From an uncultured beta proteobacterium (GTDB lineage Bacteria > Pseudomonadota > Gammaproteobacteria > Burkholderiales > SG8-39), in NCBI GenBank assembly GCA_903899705.1, contig CAIUKQ010000105.1:1-63460 (forward strand): DNA of 63,460 bases, given 5' to 3'. Below, piece by piece: positions 1 through 9,839 of the stretch (positions are counted from its first letter, which is position 1; each line of letters starts with the position of its first letter). Position numbers and translations under genes: made by a program. The notes beneath the pieces were generated by a model. That model did no database searches and had not been told where the DNA came from. It worked only from the letters and a program-made list of their open reading frames with translations.

Positions 1-72
1 GGCATGAAGCACTCGTTCTAAGAGAATCCTTCAGTCGAAGGAGTCATTCTTAAAGAAATATCAGTGGTCTTG

Positions 73-101
73 AAAAGGCGCCTTCGGGCGCCTTTTTTTT
101 T
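73..101 (+). terminator. Rho-independent terminator closing a + strand gene that lies mostly off-window
   Basis: GGCGCC(77-82)-TTCG-GGCGCC(87-92) hairpin followed by a 9-T run (93-101). An A4 on the 5' side means it could work in both directions. Confidence 0.7.
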
Positions 102-135
102 ACGTGCACAATACGGATTGTTGAAAGGAATAACG

Positions 136-765
136 ATGCCAACATTCACCGACACCCTGATTGCGGAATTCGACCGTGGCCTGCGCACGCTTTGCGGCAC
201 GCCGCGTGTCGGCAGGCCATCGCCCTCGCAGGGCGTTGCGGAAGGTGAACTGGAACCCGGGGAGCGCCGCCATGCAGCCGCCTTGATGCGCGTGAACCAC
301 AGTGGCGAAGTGTGTGCGCAGGCGCTGTATCAAGGGCAGGCACTGGCAACGCGAAATGAGGATCTGCGCTCGGCCTTGTCACAAGCCGGCGACGAAGAAG
401 CAGATCACCTGGAATGGAGCCGGGGCCGAATCAGTGAACTTGGCGGAAGAACAAGTCTTTTAAATCCCCTCTGGTATGCGGGTTCGCTTGCCATGGGGTT
501 GGTCGCCGGTCGTCTGGGCGATGCCTGGAATCTGGGTTTTCTTGCAGAGACCGAGAATCAGGTTGAAGCCCATTTGCAGGGCCATCTGGACCGTCTTGGC
601 CAGCAGGATACAAAAACCCGCGCGGTCATCGAAGCCATGCGCCAGGATGAGGCTGGCCACGCGCAGAACGCACGGGATCTTGGCGCCCGCGAACTGCCTC
701 AGCCGGTAAAGCTCGCAATGCGTTGCGCGGCGCGCATCATGACGACAGCCGCCTATCGATTATGA
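136..765 (+). CDS. coq7: 2-polyprenyl-3-methyl-6-methoxy-1,4-benzoquinol hydroxylase (Coq7-type di-iron ubiquinone hydroxylase)
   Basis: ORF 64..765 trimmed to the first ATG (136), which is preceded by [30 protein letters not shown] and EAGH motifs are typical of Coq7/Clk-1. Confidence 0.9.
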   Translation: MPTFTDTLIAEFDRGLRTLCGTPRVGRPSPSQGVAEGELEPGERRHAAALMRVNHSGEVCAQALYQGQALATRNEDLRSALSQAGDEEADHLEWSRGRISELGGRTSLLNPLWYAGSLAMGLVAGRLGDAWNLGFLAETENQVEAHLQGHLDRLGQQDTKTRAVIEAMRQDEAGHAQNARDLGARELPQPVKLAMRCAARIMTTAAYRL

Positions 766-834
766 GTGAGAGGTCATGCGGTGCGACTCTGGCGGTTGTG
801 ACGCCGCTTGTGCGCATCTGACGCGATCCACTTT

Positions 835-1251
835 CTAGTCGGCGATAATTTCATAATCGTGGGTGATCTGCGCGGTCTTCGCCAGCATTATGGAGGCGGA
901 ACAGTATTTTTCGTGAGACAGGCGAATTGCGCTCTCGACCACCGAGGGCTTCAGGTCGCGGCCCCGGACGATGAAATGCATGTGAATGCTGGTGAACACC
1001 TTGGGATCGGTTTCAGCGCGTTCTGCCTTTAGCTGGACTTCACAGCCGCTAACTTCCTGCTTGCTCTTTCTCAGAATGACGACCACGTCGGACGCGGTGC
1101 AACCGCCGGCACCGGCGAGCAGCGTTTCCATGGGCCGGGGACCGGTGTTGCGTCCGCCATGTTCCGGCGCGCCATCCATCACGAAAGCGTGTCCGCTGCC
1201 TGTTTCGGCGACGAAACTCATATTTTCAATCCATTTGATTCTGCATTCCAT
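835..1251 (-). CDS. OsmC/Ohr-family protein (OsmC-like peroxiredoxin fold)
   Basis: 138-aa ORF with the family pattern GGRNTGPRPMETLLAGAGGCTASDV ... HEKYCSAS (two conserved Cys). Confidence 0.85.
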   Translation of the reverse strand: MECRIKWIENMSFVAETGSGHAFVMDGAPEHGGRNTGPRPMETLLAGAGGCTASDVVVILRKSKQEVSGCEVQLKAERAETDPKVFTSIHMHFIVRGRDLKPSVVESAIRLSHEKYCSASIMLAKTAQITHDYEIIAD

Positions 1252-1479
1252 GCAAAGGCTCCATCCTGAAATTAAAATCGTCGATTGCGGCTAAGCAGCA
1301 CAAACGGTGCTGTCTACACGGCTTCCCGCACCCTGAGCACTTTATATAGCATTGATTAATAACAATATATTATCTAAATAACGAGGCGATCAGGGGGCGT
1401 TGCAAAAATTCTTGCATTGCAGCAAAAAAATCATTACTCTTGTCCCTGTCTCCTCCACCCCGAATTTTGGTGGATTTAA

Positions 1480-1506
1480 CGCAGCCCCCAAAGGGCTGCG
1501 TTTTTC
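1480..1506 (+). terminator. Orphan + strand intrinsic terminator in the osmC-like/hydantoinase spacer
   Basis: CGCAGCCC(1480-1487)-ccaaa-GGGCTGCG(1493-1500) followed by TTTTT. No credible + strand CDS lies upstream of it. Confidence 0.55.
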
Positions 1507-1687
1507 TTTGTGGAATCCATTGACACTGCATTCTATGCGAGGCGCACCTCGTCTTGACGGTGCTCCAAATATGGCGATAATCCCGAGGCCCCAATGACGG
1601 CTGCCGTGCAATCGCCGCAGATCACTATCTACGCGCATCTGCCAGAGCCGACGTTGGTTTTTTCCCCTCAATCCAGGAGTACCCGTT

Positions 1688-3787
1688 TTGAACATCCGCA
1701 AAAAACCCGGCGTCGCGACACATACGCGATTGGCCGCCGATATCGGCGGAACTTTTACCGATGTGGCTGCTTTCGACGAAAAAACCGGGCGCATGTTACT
1801 GGGTAAATCCCTGTCCACGCCGCGCAACATGGTCGAAGGCATCAGCCACGGCGTCGACAAGGCGGGCACCACCTATGCAGAAGCGTCGCTTTTTCTGCAC
1901 GGCTCGACCGTGGCGATCAACACCATGCTGGAGCGCACAGGCGCAAAGACCGCGCTGATCACGACCGAAGGCTTTCGCGACGTATACGAGATCGGGCGAA
2001 TCAACCGGCCCGACGCCTACAACCTGTTCTTCAAGAAGCACGTTCCGCTGGTTGAGCGCGCACTGCGCTTCGAGGTCAGGGAGCGTATGACCGCCGAGGG
2101 AGAGGCCTATATTCCACTCGATGAAGCCAGTGTCCACGCAGTGTGCGACAAGCTGGAGAAACTCGACATCGAGGCCGTCGCAATCCTACTGCTGCATTGC
2201 TATCGCAATCCGGACCATGAGCAGCGCGTAAAGGCCATTGTTCAAAAGCGCCTGCCCAAGGCGTTTGTCAGTGCATCGTACGAATTGTCGCAGGAATACC
2301 GCGAATTCGAGCGCACCTCGACGGTGGTTGCCAATGCGTTCATCGGACCGCGAGTCAGTCAATATATCGCGGGCATCGACAGGCACATTCGCTCCGAGGG
2401 ATTCAACGGCTCATTCCTGGTGGTCCAATCCACGGGCGGTCTGTACGAATCGCATCAGGCGCAAGTCCAGTGCGTGCGCATGCTGGAATCCGGCCCGGCG
2501 GCCGGCGTGATCGGCGCGCGTGCCCTTTGCCACGAAATGGGCCTGGGCGACGCGGTGGCTTTTGACATGGGTGGAACAACCGCCAAGGCTGGCGTGATCT
2601 ACAAGGGCGAGGCGCTGACCACCGGCGCTGCCCTGATCGGCGGCTACAACCAGGCGCTGCCCGTGCAGATAGCGATGGTGGATGTATTCGAAGTCGGCAC
2701 GGGTGGCGGCAGCATCGCCGCAGTTGATGAAAGCGGCGCCCTGCGTGTCGGCCCGCAGAGTTCGGGTGCCGAGCCGGGGCCGGCGTGCTACGGGCGCGGT
2801 GGTCTCCTGCCGACGGTAACGGATGCCAATCTGGTCCTTGGACGGTTGGGTGCGGATCGCTTTCTTGGCGGCGAGATGAAGCTCGATGTGAAGGCCGCCG
2901 AGAAGGCCATTTATGAACACGTGGCGAAGCCCCTGGGCGTGGATGTCATTCACGCGGCAGATGGCATTCTGAGAATCGCCATCACCGCGATGTCGTACGC
3001 GGTGAAGGCCGTGTCAACCGAGCGGGGCCTTGACGCCGCCGCCTTCTCCCTGATTGCCTATGGTGGCGCCGGCCCGTTGCATGCGTCCGCCATTGCCCGC
3101 GAAATCGGACAACAGAAACTGATCGTGCCGCGCGCGCCCGGCCATTTCTGCGCCTTCGGCATGCTGCATTCGGACCTGCGTTATGACTATGTAAAAACGT
3201 GGTTCACTCGCCTGGATGACGCGCCATTTGCGGACATTGAGAAGATATTCGACGGCATGATCGCCGATGGCAAGGCGGCTCTGGAAAGCAGTGGATTGAA
3301 GCCCTCGAAGGTCACGATCGGATACGCGGTGGACATGCGTTACGTCGGGCAGGAACATCCGGTGACCGTGGATCTTTCCCCGGCGGTGTTCAAACGCCGC
3401 GATCGCGAGGCCATCAAGCACCATTTTGACGACGTGCACCAGCAGCGCTACGGCACCTGTGCCCCCGATGAACGCGCCGAAATCGTGAGCCTGCGGGCTA
3501 CCGTAACCGGCGTGATGAAGAAGCCGCCGCTGGAGAAGATTACGCGGGGCAGCAAGGTTCCGCCTGCGGGCGCGGCCAGAGGCAAGCGCAGCGTCTACTT
3601 CCCCGAATTGGGCAAGGCCGTGGCCACGCCCACTTTCGCGCGCGACGATCTGCGCGCCGGCAATCGCATCGACGGTCCTGCTTTAATCGAGGAATACGCA
3701 TCGACCACGGTCCTGCTGCCTGGTGACAAGCTGAAAGTCGACGAATTCGGCAATCTGGTCATTGAGGTCGGCAAGCGCAGCCGATGA
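1688..3787 (+). CDS. Hydantoinase/oxoprolinase family, A (ATP-hydrolysing) subunit
   Basis: 699 aa with actin-like ATPase motifs DIGGTFTD and FDMGGTT. TTG start with AGGAG (1675-1679) 8 nt upstream. Confidence 0.9.
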   Translation: MNIRKKPGVATHTRLAADIGGTFTDVAAFDEKTGRMLLGKSLSTPRNMVEGISHGVDKAGTTYAEASLFLHGSTVAINTMLERTGAKTALITTEGFRDVYEIGRINRPDAYNLFFKKHVPLVERALRFEVRERMTAEGEAYIPLDEASVHAVCDKLEKLDIEAVAILLLHCYRNPDHEQRVKAIVQKRLPKAFVSASYELSQEYREFERTSTVVANAFIGPRVSQYIAGIDRHIRSEGFNGSFLVVQSTGGLYESHQAQVQCVRMLESGPAAGVIGARALCHEMGLGDAVAFDMGGTTAKAGVIYKGEALTTGAALIGGYNQALPVQIAMVDVFEVGTGGGSIAAVDESGALRVGPQSSGAEPGPACYGRGGLLPTVTDANLVLGRLGADRFLGGEMKLDVKAAEKAIYEHVAKPLGVDVIHAADGILRIAITAMSYAVKAVSTERGLDAAAFSLIAYGGAGPLHASAIAREIGQQKLIVPRAPGHFCAFGMLHSDLRYDYVKTWFTRLDDAPFADIEKIFDGMIADGKAALESSGLKPSKVTIGYAVDMRYVGQEHPVTVDLSPAVFKRRDREAIKHHFDDVHQQRYGTCAPDERAEIVSLRATVTGVMKKPPLEKITRGSKVPPAGAARGKRSVYFPELGKAVATPTFARDDLRAGNRIDGPALIEEYASTTVLLPGDKLKVDEFGNLVIEVGKRSR

Positions 3788-5640
3788 TTCGACGCACTCG
3801 GGGCAAGTCTGCATCGGCGGCTACCCCGGTAAAAATCAAGAAAGGGCGGGGGCCGCAAAAAGCGCTCCAGAGCCCTTCTTCCAAGCGAGGCGCGGGTTCA
3901 CGCGGGCCGGGTGCAAATCTGGCTGACCCGGTTCTCACCGAGATCATCAGAAACGGGGTGCTCTCGGTCACGGAGGAGATGAAGACCAATCTCACCCGCA
4001 CCGCCTATAACATGATCATCTACGAGGCCCTGGATTTCACCGTGGGCCTTTATACCGCCGAAGGCGAGACGGTATCAATCGGCCTCGGATTGCCCATGTT
4101 CATTCGCGGCATGGCCGAAACCATCAAGGCAAAACTGCGCCACTTCGGTGTGGAAAATCTCCATCCCGGCGACATTCTCATTACCAACGATTCATACACC
4201 ACCGGCAGCCACCTCAATCACGTGACGCTGAGTCTGCCGATTTTTCATGAAGGCAGATTGTCCGGCTTTGCCTGTTGCATGGCGCACTGGATGGATGTGG
4301 GCGGCGTGCTCGGCGGGCAGACCACGGACATTTATTCCGAAGGCCTGCAGATACCCATCCTCAAATACCAGGACAGGGGCGTGGTGAACCAGGACCTGGT
4401 CGACATCATCCGCATGAATGTGCGCATCCCGGAGCGGGGCATTGGCGACCTGCGTGCGCAGGTGACTGCGGTGAAAACCGGCGAACGGCGCTTCATGGAA
4501 TTGCTCTCGCGCTACGGGCGCTCGCACGTGCTGTCGGCGATACGGAACATCATGGACCAGTCGGAAATTGCGGCCCGTGCGCGCACCCGCTCCATCCCCG
4601 ACGGCATCTACGAAGCGGAATCCTACATGGATGACGACGGCGTTGACGTCGGCAAGCGCATCCCCATCAAGGTGCGCATCGAGAAGCGCGGCGAGGAGAT
4701 GACCGTTGATTTGTCCGAGGTTTCCAAGCAGGTGCGAGGGGGATTCAATTCCGGACTCACCACGGGCTACGGGTGCGCCCAGGTAGCCTATAAATGCCTC
4801 ACGTCGCCCACCGATTACCCGATCAATGAAGGCAGCTTCAGAGCTCTCAAAGTCAAGCTCACGCCGGGCACGGTGGTCACCGCGGTAAAACCGGCCGCGA
4901 TGCGCATGTGGATGACCTTTCCGATGACCGTCGTGGATACCATCCTGAAAGCGATGGAACGCGCCATCCCGGAGCGCACCATTGCCGCGCATCACGCCGA
5001 CCTGATCATCGCCTCCATCAGCGGCATTTCACGCAACGACGGGCGATTCTTCATGGCCGGAGCCGGCCCGATGGGTGGGGGCTGGGGTGCGAAGCTGACC
5101 GAGGACGGCATGAGCGCGACGGTATGTCTGAACGACGGCGACACGCACAACAGCCCGTGCGAGCAGATGGAATCCAAGTATCCAATCCTGTTTGAGCGCC
5201 ATGCGCTGCGGGAGGACTCCTGCGGGGCGGGAAAGCACCGCGGTGGCCTTGGTTCTGAGCAGGTGATTCAGGCCCGCTCCCCTGTGATGGTGACCGTGCA
5301 GGTGGACCGGGTGCATTGCCGGCCATGGGGCCTTGCAGGCGGCATGGAGGGGTTGGGCAACGAGGTGGCCTTGAGCATTGGGGGCAAGAGCGTAGATCCC
5401 CTGCCCTCCGGCAAGGTGTTCAACCAGCAATTGCGCAGCGGCGACAGTTTCACCCTGCGCGCGGCCGGTGGTGGCGGGTTCGGATCGCCGTTTGCGCGCC
5501 CACCCGAGAAGGTCGCCCATGACGTGCGGCAGGGCTATGTCAGCCGCGAGGCAGCAGACACACTCTACGGCGTGATCCTCGAGGGGGATGGCAGCGTGGA
5601 CATCACGGCAACCCGGCGGATGCGCACGTCACGCGCATAG
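3784..5640 (+). CDS. Hydantoinase B/oxoprolinase family, B subunit
   Basis: 618 aa. The family core starts at ..DPVLTEIIRNGVLSVTEEM.. and ends with ..GGGGFGSP... ATGA start/stop overlap with the A subunit. The first ~45 aa are a basic extension, so the true start is uncertain. Confidence 0.88.
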   Translation: MIRRTRGKSASAATPVKIKKGRGPQKALQSPSSKRGAGSRGPGANLADPVLTEIIRNGVLSVTEEMKTNLTRTAYNMIIYEALDFTVGLYTAEGETVSIGLGLPMFIRGMAETIKAKLRHFGVENLHPGDILITNDSYTTGSHLNHVTLSLPIFHEGRLSGFACCMAHWMDVGGVLGGQTTDIYSEGLQIPILKYQDRGVVNQDLVDIIRMNVRIPERGIGDLRAQVTAVKTGERRFMELLSRYGRSHVLSAIRNIMDQSEIAARARTRSIPDGIYEAESYMDDDGVDVGKRIPIKVRIEKRGEEMTVDLSEVSKQVRGGFNSGLTTGYGCAQVAYKCLTSPTDYPINEGSFRALKVKLTPGTVVTAVKPAAMRMWMTFPMTVVDTILKAMERAIPERTIAAHHADLIIASISGISRNDGRFFMAGAGPMGGGWGAKLTEDGMSATVCLNDGDTHNSPCEQMESKYPILFERHALREDSCGAGKHRGGLGSEQVIQARSPVMVTVQVDRVHCRPWGLAGGMEGLGNEVALSIGGKSVDPLPSGKVFNQQLRSGDSFTLRAAGGGGFGSPFARPPEKVAHDVRQGYVSREAADTLYGVILEGDGSVDITATRRMRTSRA

Positions 5641-5702
5641 GTGCTTTTCTCGAACCGGCAATTTTCCGATCTACAATGAGCCGTTGCATCGGATGACGGC
5701 AC

Positions 5703-6641
5703 ATGGCCACAAGCTTCGACGGAAAACTGGTGGTGGCGATTTCTTCCCGGGCGCTTTTCGATCTGGAGGAGAGCAATCGCGTGTTCGAGGCGGAGGGTGT
5801 CGAGGCGTATTACCGATACCAGCGCGAGCGTGAGGATCAGGTTCTTTCGCCTGGCATCGCATTCACCCTGGTCAAGAAACTGCTCGCGATAAACAACCTG
5901 CCTCCCGCCCGGCAGCGGGTGGAGGTGATCCTGCTGTCGAGAAACACCGCCGACACCGGGCTGCGCATCATGAATTCGATCGAGCACTACAAGCTTGCGA
6001 TATCGCGCGCCGCATTCACGGGCGGCGAGAACACCTACACCTACGTGCCGGCGTTTGATGCGCACCTGTTCCTGTCGGCCAATCCGATGGATGTGCGCAA
6101 GGCCCTGGAGGCCGGGCATGCTGCCGCGACCATCATTCCCGCGAATGCCGGCGAAGTCGGCCCAGAAGGCGGCTCCGGCGACAGGGTTGAAAATACCGAA
6201 AATTCGCCGCTGCGCATTGCATTCGACGGCGACGCGGTCCTGTTCTCCGACGAGGCGGAGCGGATCTACAAGAAAAGCGGACTTGATGCATTTACCGCCT
6301 CGGAAGTGGATGCCGCGCACGAACCCTTGATGGGCGGCCCTTTCAAGAACTTTCTTGCCGCCCTGCATCGCATCCAGTCGGAGTACCCGCCAGACCATTC
6401 GGTGATCCGCACCGCGCTGGTCACCGCGCGCAGCGCCCCGGCGCATGAGCGCGTCGTGCGGACTTTGCGTGCATGGAATATCCGCATCGACGAAGCGTTG
6501 TTTCTGGGCGGCCTGGACAAGGCGCCGTTCCTGAAGGCGTTCGGGGCGGACATTTTCTTCGATGATCAAAGCAGTCACGTCGAATCGGCACGCCAGCACG
6601 TCACCGCAGGGCATGTGCCCTACGGCGTGGCGAATGAATGA
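5703..6641 (+). CDS. 5'-nucleotidase (bacterial cytosolic 5'-nucleotidase family, HAD-like)
   Basis: 312 aa. LVVAISSRALFDLEESNRVFE..., LLSRNTADTGLRIMNSIEHY and a C-terminal FFDDQ motif match this family as I remember it. Confidence 0.75.
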   Translation: MATSFDGKLVVAISSRALFDLEESNRVFEAEGVEAYYRYQREREDQVLSPGIAFTLVKKLLAINNLPPARQRVEVILLSRNTADTGLRIMNSIEHYKLAISRAAFTGGENTYTYVPAFDAHLFLSANPMDVRKALEAGHAAATIIPANAGEVGPEGGSGDRVENTENSPLRIAFDGDAVLFSDEAERIYKKSGLDAFTASEVDAAHEPLMGGPFKNFLAALHRIQSEYPPDHSVIRTALVTARSAPAHERVVRTLRAWNIRIDEALFLGGLDKAPFLKAFGADIFFDDQSSHVESARQHVTAGHVPYGVANE

Positions 6642-7731
6642 CGGGGTCCGATTGGATGAAGCGGGGCATCGTGCAGTGAGTGGGGGTCATAGCAGTTTTG
6701 CGGATCGCCTGATTCTCTGGCAGCGCAAGCATGGCCGTCTCGATTTGCCCTGGCAGAACACGCGTGACCCCTACCGGATCTGGCTCTCGGAAGTCATGTT
6801 GCAGCAGACCCAGGTTGCGACGGCCACACCCTTCTACTACCGGTTTCTTGAGCGCTTTCCGGATGTGCAGTCGCTCGCTGCCGCGGATCGGGAAGATGTG
6901 CTCGCCTTGTGGAGCGGCCTTGGCTATTACTCGCGAGCCCGCAATCTTCACAAAGCAGCGGTACAAGTTGCGGCTAGAGGAGGATTTCCGGCAGCCCGGG
7001 AGGATCTTGAGGCACTGGCCGGCGTCGGCCGCTCGACTGCGGCCGCAATCTCGGTGTTCTCAGCGGGGCGGCGCGAGGCGATCCTTGATGGAAACGTCAA
7101 GCGGGTGCTTGCGCGTCATTTCGCCATTGACGGATTTCCGGGTGCCAGTGCCGTTCAGAAGCAAATGTGGGCGTTGGCGGAGTCGCTATTGCCATCGGCG
7201 GGTATTGAAACCTATACGCAGGCACTGATGGATCTTGGCGCGACGGTCTGCCAGCGCGCCAAACCACTCTGCAGCCGGTGTCCCGTCAGGGAGTCCTGCG
7301 GGGCTTTCGCCACGAATCGCGTCAACGAACTGCCGGGCAGGAAGGCGAGAAAACCGCTGCCGCGCAAGACCACGGTCATGCCGATATTGTTGCATCAGGG
7401 AAAGGTGATGCTGGTCAGGCGTCCCGAGAGCGGCATCTGGGGCGGCATGTCCAGCCTTCCAGAGTTTTCAACCGTTGCGGGCGCGCTGGATGCGATCTCC
7501 GTCATGTATGGATGCGAGATCGGGTCTCAGCGCGAGCTGCCGGTCTTGAGGCATGGTTTTACGCACTACTCGCTGAGTATCCAGCCGATCGTTTGCGAGA
7601 TTACCGCCCTGCATCCACGGGTCACGGAACCCGGCACCATCTGGCTGCCCGTTGCCAGGGCACTTCAGGCATCCATTCCTGCGCCGGTTCGTACGCTGCT
7701 GTTGCGGATTCCAGCTGACGGAGTTCAGTGA
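6634..7731 (+). CDS. mutY: A/G-specific adenine DNA glycosylase
   Basis: HhH-GPD motif LAGVGRSTAAAI, 4Fe-4S cluster loop CQRAKPLCSRCPVRESC and a C-terminal NUDIX-like domain. The ORF opens at 6562. I prefer the ATG at 6634, which overlaps the upstream stop by 8 nt. Confidence 0.88.
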   Translation: MNDGVRLDEAGHRAVSGGHSSFADRLILWQRKHGRLDLPWQNTRDPYRIWLSEVMLQQTQVATATPFYYRFLERFPDVQSLAAADREDVLALWSGLGYYSRARNLHKAAVQVAARGGFPAAREDLEALAGVGRSTAAAISVFSAGRREAILDGNVKRVLARHFAIDGFPGASAVQKQMWALAESLLPSAGIETYTQALMDLGATVCQRAKPLCSRCPVRESCGAFATNRVNELPGRKARKPLPRKTTVMPILLHQGKVMLVRRPESGIWGGMSSLPEFSTVAGALDAISVMYGCEIGSQRELPVLRHGFTHYSLSIQPIVCEITALHPRVTEPGTIWLPVARALQASIPAPVRTLLLRIPADGVQ

Positions 7732-8336
7732 GGGGGCGCGGTGTTGGCGCTGATGATGCGATTCAGAATGGAAAGGCGCGCGAGGCTGTCGTCCATGCAC
7801 AGCAGCTTTTGCCGATCCTCCGGAGGAAAGGGCAGGGCTTCCGATAGCCGGTAACCGACCCATGCCGCGTCATCAGTGAGGTGCGGTTCTGCAAAGATCC
7901 CCGGACCGTGTTCCGCGAGGATGCGTGCCAGGAGCTTCGAGCACGCGGTGAACTGTTCAGGAATCCGCGTTGGTGGCTCCGAGGGAATCGTTTCAACTTC
8001 GGCGAGGATCAGTCCCTGGGAATTGGTCGAGGTTGACAGGACCTTGAAGCGCTCCACACCTTGCGTGAGAAGTTGCAGCACACCCATTTGCTGCATGTCG
8101 CATTCGATGATGCGGGCCTGACAACCCACCATCTCCGGAACCGCCGGCTTTCCCACTTCGCGACCCTCGCGGATCAGGCAGACGCCAAACATCGATTTGT
8201 CCCGCAGGCACTGACGGGCCATGTCCATGTAGCGCGCTTCAAAAACACGGAGGGGCAGCATTCCCCCGGGAAAAAGAACGGTATTTAGGGGAAACAGGGG
8301 GAAGTCAGGCGCGGACAATTTGTTAATGCCCTTCAC
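7725..8336 (-). CDS. LON N-terminal (substrate-binding) domain protein
   Basis: 203 aa. FPLNTVLFPGGMLPLRVFEARYMDM is the Lon N-domain signature. No AAA+ or protease domain follows. Confidence 0.8.
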   Translation of the reverse strand: MKGINKLSAPDFPLFPLNTVLFPGGMLPLRVFEARYMDMARQCLRDKSMFGVCLIREGREVGKPAVPEMVGCQARIIECDMQQMGVLQLLTQGVERFKVLSTSTNSQGLILAEVETIPSEPPTRIPEQFTACSKLLARILAEHGPGIFAEPHLTDDAAWVGYRLSEALPFPPEDRQKLLCMDDSLARLSILNRIISANTAPPH

Positions 8337-8931
8337 CCCAGCGCGCCATCAGTTGATGGTTGATGCCCAGTTGATCAAGCACCCTCGCCACAATGAAATC
8401 CACCAGATCATCGACGCTTTTCGGATGATGGTAGAAACCCGGATTGGCGGGGAGTATCACGGCACCGGCATTCGCAAGTTTCAGCATGTTTTCAAGATGC
8501 AACACCGAAAAAGGCGTTTCACGGGGGACCAGTACCAGTCGACGCTTTTCCTTGATCATCACGTCGGCCGCGCGTTCGATCAGGCTGTCTGAAAGGCCCG
8601 CGGCAACCGCTGCGAGTGTTCCCATCGAGCATGGGCAGATCACCATGCCATCGGCGGGATTCGATCCTGAGGCAACGGGCGAGAACCAGTCCTCCCTTCC
8701 AAACACCCTGAGCTGACCCGCCTTCGCGCCATAGCGATCGGAGAAAAATTTCTCCGCATCGGGCGCGCGCGTCGGGATGGTGAGGTCAAGCTCCTGCTTT
8801 GCAACGATGTGCGCCGCCTGCGAATACAGCAGGTATACCCGCGCGCCTGATTCAATCAGGCACTGGGTCAATCGCAGGCCATAGGGCATGCCCGACGCAC
8901 CGGTGAGGGCGACCGCGATGGTGGAATTCAT
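8323..8931 (-). CDS. ubiX: Flavin prenyltransferase UbiX
   Basis: 202 aa. VALTGASGMPYGLRL..., MVICPCSMGTLAAVA and VLVPRETP are UbiX/Pad1 motifs. Confidence 0.92.
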   Translation of the reverse strand: MNSTIAVALTGASGMPYGLRLTQCLIESGARVYLLYSQAAHIVAKQELDLTIPTRAPDAEKFFSDRYGAKAGQLRVFGREDWFSPVASGSNPADGMVICPCSMGTLAAVAAGLSDSLIERAADVMIKEKRRLVLVPRETPFSVLHLENMLKLANAGAVILPANPGFYHHPKSVDDLVDFIVARVLDQLGINHQLMARWGEGH

Positions 8932-9839
8932 GTGCCTGGAATCTCCCTGTGTCTGACCAGCACGTTCAGATTTGAACTAAACCGGGTGCCCTGAATGCAA
9001 TCGCCGGATGAGTCCTTTACGGCCGACCGGATCGCACCGGCCAGCTTTTCGACCAAGTATACCGAGCGATGCCGGCCTCCCGTGCAGCCGATGGCGACGG
9101 TGAAGTAGTTCCGGTTGTCGCGCGCATATTCCGGCAGCCACCGCTTGAGAAATGACGCGATTTCCCCAACCAGAGCGGCTGCGCGCGGTTCCTGATCAAG
9201 GAAGCCGGCCACTGGCGCGTCCAGGCCGGTGAGCGGGCGCAGGCTGGGTTCATAAAATGGATTTGGCAGGCAGCGTGCATCAAAAACAAGGTCGGCATCC
9301 AGCGGCACACCGGCCCGATACCCGAAGGATTCAAGCACCAGGGTGCGAATATCGGTCTCGAGCTCGATCAGATCCTTGATCCAGTCGCGCAGCCGCATTG
9401 GCGTCAGCTCGCTCGTATCCACGTGATGGCCGTATTCGGCCACTGGCGCCAGCAATTGCCGTTCTTCGCTCAGGCATTCCTCGATGGTCCTGTCTCCGCC
9501 CGCAAGCGGGTGGCGGCGGCGTGTTTCGGCGAAACGCCGCACCAGCGTTTGATCACGCGCATCCAGAAAGATGACGCGCAGATCCGTCCCCTCCGCTTTC
9601 AGCTTCTGGAGATAGCCCGGCAGAGCCTGAAGCGAGGTGCCGCCACGCGCGTCTATGGACAGCGCAACCTGCGTGACTCCGGAGTCGCTCAACAGATGCA
9701 CGGTCTGGTCGAGCAGCGCCAGCGGCAGGTTGTCGATGCAGTTGTAGCCGGCGTCCTCCAGCGCGCGCAAGGCAATGCTTTTGCCCGACCCGGATACGCC
9801 GCTGATCATCACTAGCCGCAGGCGAGCACTTTCGGACAT
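8928..9839 (-). CDS. rapZ: RNase adapter protein RapZ (YhbJ)
   Basis: Walker A ISGVSGSGKS, C-terminal IGCTGGRHRSVY motif, and conserved position downstream of hprK/ptsN. Confidence 0.92.
   Translation of the reverse strand: MSESARLRLVMISGVSGSGKSIALRALEDAGYNCIDNLPLALLDQTVHLLSDSGVTQVALSIDARGGTSLQALPGYLQKLKAEGTDLRVIFLDARDQTLVRRFAETRRRHPLAGGDRTIEECLSEERQLLAPVAEYGHHVDTSELTPMRLRDWIKDLIELETDIRTLVLESFGYRAGVPLDADLVFDARCLPNPFYEPSLRPLTGLDAPVAGFLDQEPRAAALVGEIASFLKRWLPEYARDNRNYFTVAIGCTGGRHRSVYLVEKLAGAIRSAVKDSSGDCIQGTRFSSNLNVLVRHREIPGT

Noticed and set aside
1400-1597. 65-aa plus-strand ORF in the osmC-like/hydantoinase spacer
   Set aside because: It runs straight through a strong intrinsic terminator hairpin. 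It has no RBS and an odd composition. The region is better explained as non-coding RNA or a leader.
5565-6614. 349-aa minus-strand ORF covering the 5'-nucleotidase gene
   Set aside because: It lies antisense to a CDS with clear family motifs. Its Arg/Ala/Gly-rich composition is typical of shadow ORFs in GC-rich DNA. No recognisable domain and no RBS context.
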